From Oligoflexales bacterium (GTDB lineage: Bacteria > Bdellovibrionota_B > Oligoflexia > Oligoflexales > Bog-1112), in NCBI GenBank assembly GCA_045106415.1, contig JBGCEP010000086.1, positions 1 to 21,621 on the forward strand: a DNA stretch of 21,621 nt, written 5' to 3'. Position 1 is the first letter of the stretch, and the number at the start of each line of letters is the position of its first letter. The notes below the pieces were generated by a model that worked only from the letters and a program-made list of their open reading frames with translations, was not told the DNA's origin and ran no database searches. A program made the position numbers and the translations under genes. Shown here piece by piece: positions 1-7,601 of this stretch.

Positions 1-56
1 GATTCTGTCGCATCAATCACTTTATTCTTCAGGTCTAATGAGTATAACTTAGACAT
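1..56 (-). mobile_element. N-terminus of a probable IS630-family transposase (HTH), runs off the left window edge
   Basis: Minus-strand translation from ATG at 56 gives MSKLYSLDLKNKVIDATES, matching the characteristic IS630 HTH start M-x-K-A-Y-S-x-D-L-R-x-R-V-(I/V). Only 18 full codons are visible. Confidence 0.65.
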
Positions 57-201
57 GTCAATTCCAAATATTTGATAAAACTAGGAACAACATACTAAAT
101 TTATAAGATAAAATCACATCTCTCGAATTCAAGTTTATAAGGGGAATAGACCCAGTCTGGGTGAGTAAATAAAACCAGCCAATGCTATGTCAAAAGTTCA
201 T

Positions 202-1308
202 TTAAAGCCTTCTGAGAATCTTTCTTGCATCAATTTCATTCGCTAGGACTTTGCCGTTAAGATGACTAGACAAATAAAGCACTTTTTCCAGTAGTTTATT
301 TTGTTCTTTTAAATTCAGAGAAAATGAATTTGCGAGTCGATCATCAATCGTCAAATCTTCACTTAATTGTCTTAATTGCAGATGAAGGTTCATTGTTTTT
401 TGTTTTTCCTGATAATTATCCGACCTCTCAAAGACTTCATCATAAAGCCACAAATTTTTGTGTGAACAGTTTAAAAGAGATTCAAAAATTTTTTCGACTC
501 TCAATAGGCCTTTCATCTGTCGATGAAGCTCATATGAAGTTGCAGAACCCGCATGGCGGCAATGAGGATTCGGTGCAAACTCTTCTTCAAAGCATTGATC
601 ATTGAGTATATGGCAAGCAGCGGAACCCATCACAATAAGCTCTGATGTCTTAGTCTCGCTCAGAGTCCGACAATAAGAGTTATATCCAACATCCAGACCT
701 CCAAGAAAAATACCCGCGGAGCCTATAATAACAGCTGGGATCAAGATTCCTGAGGCTCCTAAGACAATGGATGCCACACCACTTAGCATCCAAGTTGAGT
801 ATCCTGCCCAGGGTTGGGTCATGGTAGCTCTTCGTGCAGATTCCACACGAATCATTGAGCTTATCAGGGTTTCAAAAGTGGATTTGCTACATTCAAACAC
901 CAGCCGAATCATTTCCCCCTGGGAGTCCACACAAACTGCGAAATCGTTAAAAATATCCATAAGTAAAAGATATTCTTGCTGCAAGCGCTTAACATTTTCC
1001 GAAAAGTTTTCTTGCTCTAAACACTCCTCGTAAGCGGCCCATTGTTTTATGTCAGCAGACCTCTGCTCTTCCTGTGTATAGGAAACTTCCTTGTCGTTTT
1101 CAGGTAGTGACAAATCAAAATCATCAGACATGAGATTATCAACATCACTTAAAATAGAGCTGGTTCCATAAGAATTATCATCCCCATAGTTGGAAAGACC
1201 TTCGTAAGAATCTTTATCACTCCATTTAAATGAAGACGCAAAACAAAAATTCGCAGTCAATCCAAAAATCAGCAATAAGAATTTAACAGTATGCCTGATA
1301 TAACCCAT
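202..1308 (-). CDS. Exported hypothetical protein, helical/coiled-coil, with a central Gly-rich hydrophobic hairpin
   Basis: 368 aa ORF with an AGAGG SD just upstream. Signal-peptide-like N-terminus (KFLLLIFGLTANFCFA-S), acidic low-complexity segment, hydrophobic stretch WMLSGVASIVLGASGILIPAVIIGSAGIFLGGLDVG. Confidence 0.8.
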   Translation of the reverse strand: MGYIRHTVKFLLLIFGLTANFCFASSFKWSDKDSYEGLSNYGDDNSYGTSSILSDVDNLMSDDFDLSLPENDKEVSYTQEEQRSADIKQWAAYEECLEQENFSENVKRLQQEYLLLMDIFNDFAVCVDSQGEMIRLVFECSKSTFETLISSMIRVESARRATMTQPWAGYSTWMLSGVASIVLGASGILIPAVIIGSAGIFLGGLDVGYNSYCRTLSETKTSELIVMGSAACHILNDQCFEEEFAPNPHCRHAGSATSYELHRQMKGLLRVEKIFESLLNCSHKNLWLYDEVFERSDNYQEKQKTMNLHLQLRQLSEDLTIDDRLANSFSLNLKEQNKLLEKVLYLSSHLNGKVLANEIDARKILRRL

Positions 1309-1444
1309 AAAAAACCTCTTATTATTAAGCGAGGGTTACTCTACCAATATTGAAATCATGCCTCAACTTAAAATATTTTCTAGAAATTAACTAACGTGAG
1401 GAGCTAGAGGAGACCAACCGTAGGTTTATCTCCTGAGTTTTGTC

Positions 1445-2443
1445 CTATTGAGCAAGTCGTCCAGCTTCCATATCAACAAACGCATAGGATTTAATTGGAT
1501 CCACATGAGTTGCTAGTGGCGGTTTACCGTGTGGAGTTGTCGCTTCTCTATATTCTGACACTTGAATCGGTTCAGCAATATCTAGTGTGGCTTGTTTTTT
1601 CTTACCAAAAAACTTCCACAGCAAACATCCAACAACAGTGGCACCAACAGCAGTTCCTGTAACAATACCAGCTATTTCTCCACCACTAAGACCACTCGTT
1701 GCCACAGCAGCTGGTGGCGCCTCCGTTGGAGCTACTGTCCCGGTGCTTGTACAACTAAAAGCTTGATTTTCTTTCCAACCAATCGCATATGCAATTGAAG
1801 TTGGGTTAAAACCTTGAGGGTTTTCCACTTCCCAATTTGAAAAACAGGTGTCACCTTCTTTTTCAAAGCTTCTTTTCGCTGAAACTATGATTTTATTGGA
1901 GGGGTCTTTTAGTTTAAATGTATTGCTATCATGTCCATCTACAGCAACATAACCAGTCAAAGTTTGATTCGCATTATCTGCTCTAAACTGAAAGCATGTT
2001 GAAATAGTATTGGTTGTGGAAAGTGTAAGATCTTGAATCTTATTATCAATAATTCCTAATGATTCCCCATCACAAGTTTTTAGCACTTTAAAAAGTGAGC
2101 TATCGTCTGGAATAATATTATCACTCCAATGCAGAACGCGATCATATTCCACACCATTAAATATCACTTTCCCACGATAAAGCTGAAGAACTTTTGCCTC
2201 TCCAAAACAAGTGGGGCCCATATATGCAACTTCGTTGGTAATCTCTTGGAAGCCTTCTGCTCCTAGAATTGCAATCCGCTCAGGAGTCGATTCTTCTCCA
2301 CAGGTGAGTTTAGATTGCAAATAAAACTTTGTTGTTTTGTCTGCGAAAGGTTCATAGCAATTATCTTCCATAGAAAAGCCATTAAATGAAACAAAAAAAA
2401 CACTGAGAGTTGTTAGAATTTTTCGGTACAAGAAGATCTCCAT
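1445..2443 (-). CDS. Single-pass (type I) membrane protein; ectodomain possibly LURP-one/scramblase/Tubby-like
   Basis: ATG at 2443 (the ORF track uses TTG 2446). Signal peptide, beta-rich Cys-containing domain, P/T/A linker, TM GLSGGEIAGIVTGTAVGATVVGCLLW followed by KFFGKKK, then a cytoplasmic tail. The fold call is inference only. Confidence 0.75.
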   Translation of the reverse strand: MEIFLYRKILTTLSVFFVSFNGFSMEDNCYEPFADKTTKFYLQSKLTCGEESTPERIAILGAEGFQEITNEVAYMGPTCFGEAKVLQLYRGKVIFNGVEYDRVLHWSDNIIPDDSSLFKVLKTCDGESLGIIDNKIQDLTLSTTNTISTCFQFRADNANQTLTGYVAVDGHDSNTFKLKDPSNKIIVSAKRSFEKEGDTCFSNWEVENPQGFNPTSIAYAIGWKENQAFSCTSTGTVAPTEAPPAAVATSGLSGGEIAGIVTGTAVGATVVGCLLWKFFGKKKQATLDIAEPIQVSEYREATTPHGKPPLATHVDPIKSYAFVDMEAGRLAQ

Positions 2444-2643
2444 CAAAACATAAAAATATGTCTTTTACACTCCGACAACAAGGAGATCAACTGGAAGGTT
2501 TCAATAACGCAAAGATAATTGAAATTTTCCGGTATAAAATCCTTGGAATTTAATTTGTATTTTCGTAATAAGAACTAGGGTGTCTAGGCCAAATGGGGGT
2601 TCGCGCTCAGGACTGAAAAAGGTAAGTGATGTTTTTGGAAAGC

Positions 2644-3243
2644 TTAATGAACTTCTTCAGCTAGAATTCTTGGTTTGGATATAGGATTCCCACTGTCTAA
2701 ATCAAAAAATGTATTTGGTTTATAAGTTTTCTTGAAAAATCCCCACAAGATCGTTTTTGCTATGTTTAAAGTTAGGCTTAATGGAAAACCTGCAGAAGTA
2801 TTCACTGGAAATGGACCTTTTCCAAATTTTCCCATGCAGTGATTTTTGAATGACTGAAATTCTTTAACATGTTGAGGGTCCATAGATTGAAAGTCGATAA
2901 ATTGATGGAAAATTCCATTGAATGCGATTTTTGAGCTAATCGTATTGGCAACCGGTGTTTTGCAACAATTTGTATACCATCTTTTAAGTCCTTTGGATTT
3001 TAACTGCAGACAAGCGAGGTTATTTTTGCCCTTGTGTATGCTGATCTTGTTTGGGGTGATTTGAAAAATAGGAGTACCTTTGTTTTCATTAAGGATATCG
3101 TGTTCTCGGTGAAGGTAGTACGCAAAACTTTGACAGTCATCACACATACAAGTGATGTTGTTTCCTTCTAGAGTAGAAGATATCAAGATTTTTCCTTCAA
3201 CTTCACCACAAGAGCACTTGAGTGGGATTGGGTGCTGTGTCAT
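2644..3243 (-). CDS. DUF6151 family protein (GFA/Mss4-like Zn-binding)
   Basis: Motifs CSCGEVEG, CMCDDCQ, GT..FQITP, G..NLACLQL..KGLKRWYTNCCKTPVANT are typical of DUF6151. Confidence 0.85.
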   Translation of the reverse strand: MTQHPIPLKCSCGEVEGKILISSTLEGNNITCMCDDCQSFAYYLHREHDILNENKGTPIFQITPNKISIHKGKNNLACLQLKSKGLKRWYTNCCKTPVANTISSKIAFNGIFHQFIDFQSMDPQHVKEFQSFKNHCMGKFGKGPFPVNTSAGFPLSLTLNIAKTILWGFFKKTYKPNTFFDLDSGNPISKPRILAEEVH

Positions 3244-3545
3244 AAAAGAGCCTTTGTTGGTTATGTGATCAATTATTTTTCTTTAGAGAAGAATGACCTC
3301 TTTATTATAAAGTTACCACAATGTTTTTATGTGTATTCTAAAATTTATTATTGGGTAGTCAATAAATGAAATTTTAAAGTGAGATCAAGTGTGAGCTCTG
3401 TAAATCTTCTGCGAGAGAGGAGTGTCTTTATAGCGCTGAATTCAATGGTTTTTTTTTGATTTGTTATGAGGGAATTATTTCAGATATTTTTTTTTAAGAG
3501 TATAATTTATTCGGAGTTTCTTTTAACAAAGAAAGGTTACTTAAA

Positions 3546-3914
3546 ATGATTGATTATATAGAAGATGTAGAGAATAAATTTATTGAAGTTCATGTTAAGG
3601 GTAAAATTTCTGTACAAGATATTGAAGAATCATGGCAAAAAATTGATGCTCGACTTGAGCAGTGGGATAAGATTAAAGTTTTGAAAAGAATTGATAGTTT
3701 ACCAAATATAGAGATTCCAGCTTTATGGCAGGGCCTTCTTCAGGGCGGAAAACATATGGGAAGAGTGGGAAGTACAGCTATTGTGACAGATAAACAGTGG
3801 TTGAATAAAATAAGCCAATTTTTAGGGCTTTTAGCCGGGATGAATATAAAGTGTTTTTCTTTAGAGCAACTAGAAGAAGCAAGAGTATGGCTAGCAGAAC
3901 AATCTGATTCATAA
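3546..3914 (+). CDS. STAS/SEC14 domain (SpoIIAA-like) protein
   Basis: 122 aa with an AAAGG SD. Pattern V.GKIS..D ... AIVTDKQW ... IKCF...LEEARVWL is characteristic of the SpoIIAA-like family. Confidence 0.85.
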   Translation: MIDYIEDVENKFIEVHVKGKISVQDIEESWQKIDARLEQWDKIKVLKRIDSLPNIEIPALWQGLLQGGKHMGRVGSTAIVTDKQWLNKISQFLGLLAGMNIKCFSLEQLEEARVWLAEQSDS

Positions 3915-4110
3915 AAAAATTTTAACCATAGTGTTTCATTTACCTTGTTTATTTAGATAACAGACAGAGAAATTTTATTTGTTGGAAATAGTTAAAATGG
4001 ATAATGATTCTTAAGGTATTACATTAAAAAGAAATATAAAAATGTAAACTGGAAACAATTTTTTTGATGAAGTCTTTGGCATAGAAATTCAAATAAGGAG
4101 GCTCGTTATA

Positions 4111-4520
4111 GTGAACTTAGCAATGCTTAATCTTGATCTGGCCTTGGTCATTGGATTAAAGATTTTGATCAACTTTTTGGTGAGATAGGCGGGATGCTTA
4201 TTCCGTTTAGAATTGCAGAAGAAGGTTTAATCTGTTTTGCTCATGAAACGGAATCAAGTTATTTATTGAACCTTGATATTCCTAGAGTTTCAAAAGATGA
4301 TATTCAGGTTGAATTTTCAGGTAATCATGTCACGGTTTCAGCAGAACGAAAACATGAAACCACCATAAAAGAAGCGATACCTCATCGTACAGAAAATTAT
4401 TTGAGGTGATACAGCGTATGTTCTCTCTTCCTGAAGAAGTTGATCAAGGGGGAATTTAGGCGAACTTTGAAGATGGTTTATTGTGGTTTTCAATATCTAA
4501 AGAAGAAGATTTAAAATCTA
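4111..4520 (+). pseudogene. Hsp20/alpha-crystallin small heat-shock protein pseudogene
   Basis: AAGGAGG SD (4095-4101) precedes GTG 4111 (MNLAMLN). A frameshift near 4130-4136 leads to SGLGHWIKDFDQLFGE...ETESSYLLNLDIPRVSKDDIQVEFSGNHVTVSAERK. A second frameshift near 4400 leads to IQRMFSLPEEVDQGGI*ANFEDGLLWFSISK, with an in-frame TAG at 4457-4459. End coordinate approximate. Confidence 0.85.
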
Positions 4521-4628
4521 AAATATTGAATGAGTTCTGGGAAATTTACTTTCTTCAGAGAGTGAAAAATAAAAGATATTCAACTATCATTCTGAAACAT
4601 CTTTTATTTTCTTTAAAAATTTTGGAAG

Positions 4629-4694
4629 TGTGAAAAATTCTCTTAACAGTATAGTAGAAATTGTGAAAAATTCTCTTAACAGTATAGTAGAAAT
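4629..4694. repeat. Perfect tandem duplication, 2 x 33 bp
   Basis: tgtgaaaaattctcttaacagtatagtagaaat at 4629-4661 and again at 4662-4694, no spacer. Confidence 0.95.
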
Positions 4695-4704
4695 ATTGAA
4701 ATGA

Positions 4705-4748
4705 CTTTAAATCAAACCATGCAGCATACTGCATGGTTTGATTTAAAG
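4705..4748. repeat. Perfect 20 bp inverted repeat with 4 nt loop (possible bidirectional intrinsic terminator or protein-binding site)
   Basis: ctttaaatcaaaccatgcag-cata-ctgcatggtttgatttaaag. The GC core ccatgcag/ctgcatgg is followed by TTTGATTT on both strands. Confidence 0.9.
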
Positions 4749-5209
4749 AGAAGACAATTTAGGCCTTTTTTATGTAAAAAATATCAATCTTCAACTTTGT
4801 TGAAGCAAAAGTTGAGTTTTTAAACCTATGCAGGCATGTTTAATTTGTTGTGCTGCGCCTATGCAATAGTCGAATTTTTTTTAGCATATTGTAAAATGTG
4901 AAGTTTTCGAAATAGTATTTAATGATTTATTTTTGTAGGAAGGTCTGAACTGGCAGTGATAGGTTAAATCTTGTTGGTGTCTAGAGGAAAGAGTTTTTTA
5001 TGTTGGGTCATGATGTTTATGTTTCATAAGCTAAAGTCGTGATTTTTATTTTTTTACTTTATTCGAAATTTTTTTAATACGCAGCTTACATCAGGAGTGA
5101 TTCTTTGTAACAGTTTGTTATTATTTTGTTATTAAGGTTTTTTTGTAAAAAAAACTTATGAAAAACTTTCGGTGAGCCGATATGCACACCTGTAAATGAT
5201 GGAGGTGGT

Positions 5210-5710
5210 ATGACTATGCGTTGGGATCGTTTTTACGATATGGCACAGGCTGATATACAAAGGGTATTTGATGCCGTTGATGATGCTGTTCGAGAAGACA
5301 GAAGGCCACGCATTGTTGGCAATGAACGTCAAAGACCTCTTCGCCAAAAACGTAAAAATCGCCTAGATCAAGTTCTAGTCAGGTGTTTAGTTGCCACTCA
5401 CTTCCGAGTAGATCTTTTACAAAAAATGAGAATTAAAGATATGTGTTTTGATAGTCCTGAAGGGCCATATCTTATGCTTCGTTGGAAGAATGGTCAGACA
5501 GATGCTTTAAAAGTTGAGATTGACCATGAGTTAGCAAGATTGCTTATGGAGTGGGTGAGTGAATATCGCAGAACAGCACGTTTAAATGAATGTGTGTTTA
5601 CCCCTGGTGCTAGGCGAGGTAGAAATCTCCCTGAGAATTATATTTCGACAGTTTTTCAACATTGGTGCCGTGAAGTTGGTATCAGCCTTCGAGAACTATC
5701 AGGGTGGTGA
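5210..5710 (+). CDS. Truncated tyrosine recombinase/integrase catalytic-domain-like protein (box II and catalytic Tyr not recognisable)
   Basis: GGAGGTGG SD. LDQVLVRCLVATHFRVDLLQKMRIKDMCFD resembles box I (RDxxLLxLLxxTGxRxxELxxLxxxDIDF). It continues through RWKNG (catalytic-Lys hairpin) and VF.PG.RRG.NL....ISTVFQHWCREVGI (patch III region), then stops. Confidence 0.7.
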   Translation: MTMRWDRFYDMAQADIQRVFDAVDDAVREDRRPRIVGNERQRPLRQKRKNRLDQVLVRCLVATHFRVDLLQKMRIKDMCFDSPEGPYLMLRWKNGQTDALKVEIDHELARLLMEWVSEYRRTARLNECVFTPGARRGRNLPENYISTVFQHWCREVGISLRELSGW

Positions 5711-5711
5711 T

Positions 5712-6488
5712 ATGTGCCGCTTATTTGGGTGTTCTGTTACAGAAGAAGAAAAAAATGTGTTTTATTTGAAAGATATTTCTGATCGTTTACACATTTTGAG
5801 TGAAAAACATGCGGATGGTTGGGGAGTGGCTTATTACTATGACGGTATTCCTCATGTGATGCGTTCTGAGAGACGTGCTCGAGAATGTAAGATGTTTTCA
5901 AAAATGGCTCCGCAAATTCGCTCTCATATGATGCTTGTTCATCTACGAAAAGCAACAATTGGTAAAGTTGATGTTTTAAATACGCACCCTTTTCAACATG
6001 GTAAATGGGTTTTTGCGCATAATGGGCATATCGCATGCCCAAAAGGTGAGCATGTGTGTCTTGAAGATGAAATTCATCCAAGCTTAAAGCATCTGATTTT
6101 AGGGGAAACCGACAGTGAACAGCTTTTTTATATGTTTATGGGGTCGCTTAAAAAATATGAAAAAACATCAAATATTGTGACTAACGATATGCTTGTGCAA
6201 GCTTGTACAGATTTTGTGCGCCAGGTTCGCCATAGAGTTGGCCCATTTGAACCAAACCCAACTAAAATTGGTTCTACCTTTTTATCGTTTTTGATCAGTG
6301 ATGGAAAAAGATTAATCGCCTTTCAAGGGGGGCAAGAACTTTTTTGGCAAGAAGGTGTTGGAGTGAGTGTGATGAGTGACCCTGTTCATGAGAAACAAGC
6401 CTGGCAAGCCATGCAGTTCGGAGAGTTGATGATTATTGAGCAAGGTGTTTTGTCTCATCTTGAAAAAATTTCAGTTGAACTTACTTAA
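5712..6488 (+). CDS. Class II (Ntn) glutamine amidotransferase, YafJ/EgtC-like
   Basis: True start is most likely ATG 5712 (MCRLFG, giving an N-terminal Cys nucleophile), not 5586. Motifs HADGWGVAYY, HLRKAT.G, NTHPF, FAHNG, GETDSE. Confidence 0.9.
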   Translation: MCRLFGCSVTEEEKNVFYLKDISDRLHILSEKHADGWGVAYYYDGIPHVMRSERRARECKMFSKMAPQIRSHMMLVHLRKATIGKVDVLNTHPFQHGKWVFAHNGHIACPKGEHVCLEDEIHPSLKHLILGETDSEQLFYMFMGSLKKYEKTSNIVTNDMLVQACTDFVRQVRHRVGPFEPNPTKIGSTFLSFLISDGKRLIAFQGGQELFWQEGVGVSVMSDPVHEKQAWQAMQFGELMIIEQGVLSHLEKISVELT

Positions 6489-7368
6489 AACTTAGTTCTT
6501 GGTAGAGAGAGTTGAACGCTTGGAATGTTCGTGTTGCTGTTGGGTCGTTACGATTCTTATCAGGGTGAAGACGGAGAGAGCCTCGTCTAAATGCCTGCTC
6601 TAATGAGTAAGAGTCAGGAACTTTCGCCATTTTATAGAATGTGTCCCATTTTGCTTTGTACTCAAAGCATGATGCTTTAAAAATCAGAGTGTGATGAACG
6701 AATGAAGGAATGAGAGCGGAGACTGCAAAGGTGAAAAGGCGGCCCCAACGTTGAAGGCGAAGAGCTCTTTTTTGGTGGCGATCGCGCTCTTTTTTATAGA
6801 AATATTCGAGTTTTTGAATCTTTATAGTTGGTATGAATTCTTCTGTGCTTTCTTGACAGAAAGGCTTGTGCTCATCTGGTTGGTATTTTGCGTGAAAAAT
6901 CATCACGTCATGAGGAAGAATATTTTTTTTTATGCTTGGAAAAAACAAAGCTCCATAACCTATGGCGGAAAGAAATGTATGTGCAGCTAACAGAGGCCAG
7001 GATTGTTTTATAGAGTGAAATGAGTTGAGAAGAAATGTTGCTTCTGAAGAACATAAAGTCTGAAGAAAGGAGTTTTTGTAGAATTCTTTAATGGACTCTT
7101 GATCGCTTTTGGTGTCCTTGACTAAGAAGAAAAACTCTTTCTGAGGGTCTTGAGGTAGCTCCGATCGCGTTGTAACAATGGGAAGGTTTGTTGCCTTATG
7201 AAGCTGTTTTTTAACAATAAGAAGTTCATTTTCTACCTGAGAAGAGAGATGGGTAGCGACAGCTTTATTTGAGTGTAAGATCCAGGTTTTTTTTGAAAAA
7301 AGAGCAGATGCTTCAACGCCGGAAGATGCAATCCATAAAAATATAAATAAAAATTGAGTGTGATTCAT
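6481..7368 (-). CDS. Membrane/exported protein with C-terminal J-domain (DnaJ-like co-chaperone domain)
   Basis: C-terminus FYKMAKV...LEQAFRRGSLRLHPDKN..DPTATRTFQAFNSLYQEL is a J-domain with HPD (6559-6567). Signal-like N-terminus from ATG 7368 (the ORF track starts at 7395) and two internal hydrophobic segments. Confidence 0.8.
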   Translation of the reverse strand: MNHTQFLFIFLWIASSGVEASALFSKKTWILHSNKAVATHLSSQVENELLIVKKQLHKATNLPIVTTRSELPQDPQKEFFFLVKDTKSDQESIKEFYKNSFLQTLCSSEATFLLNSFHSIKQSWPLLAAHTFLSAIGYGALFFPSIKKNILPHDVMIFHAKYQPDEHKPFCQESTEEFIPTIKIQKLEYFYKKERDRHQKRALRLQRWGRLFTFAVSALIPSFVHHTLIFKASCFEYKAKWDTFYKMAKVPDSYSLEQAFRRGSLRLHPDKNRNDPTATRTFQAFNSLYQELSFK

Positions 7369-7601
7369 AATCAACCTAATAGAAAATACTGCCACCTAAA
7401 TACAGGTGCGAAAGCGCGCACGATACCATATTTGTGATAAAAAAACATGTGTGATTTTTTCAATCAAGTCATGTGCTATTGTGGTTGTTATTTATCTTTT
7501 TTTTGATCGAAATGTCTTGCTTTCAGTGGGAGTGAGTGCTACCTCTCCTCAAACTTTAAAGGCATACTTTGTTGTCTTTTTTCTATTCCCAGGAGTTTAA
7601 A

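Noticed and set aside
2575..2620. tRNA remnant (GGGGGTTCG)
   Set aside because: No complementary T-stem or cloverleaf can be formed.
140..2643. Three co-oriented orphan genes as integron cassettes
   Set aside because: The intergenic regions are long and dissimilar, and no paired RYYYAAC/GTTRRRY attC structure was found. The hairpin at ~1408-1434 is imperfect and more terminator-like.
4407..4459. Stop-codon readthrough or recoding in the Hsp20 gene
   Set aside because: Frameshifts are also required, and TAG and TGA terminate conserved genes elsewhere in the window (dnaE, guaA).
4629..4694. 33 bp repeats as a CRISPR array
   Set aside because: Only two copies, directly adjacent with no spacer, and no cas genes in the window.
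4750..5200. oriC or dif site in the AT-rich gap
   Set aside because: No TTATCCACA DnaA boxes and no convincing XerC/XerD dif consensus seen.
5586..5711. N-terminal extension of the amidotransferase in the ORF track
   Set aside because: Ntn enzymes need the Cys at the N-terminus. ATG 5712 has an SD and avoids overlap with the upstream gene.
7396..7601. Purine riboswitch upstream of guaB
   Set aside because: No recognisable purine aptamer core, only short hairpins. The 7406-7600 ORF looks spurious.
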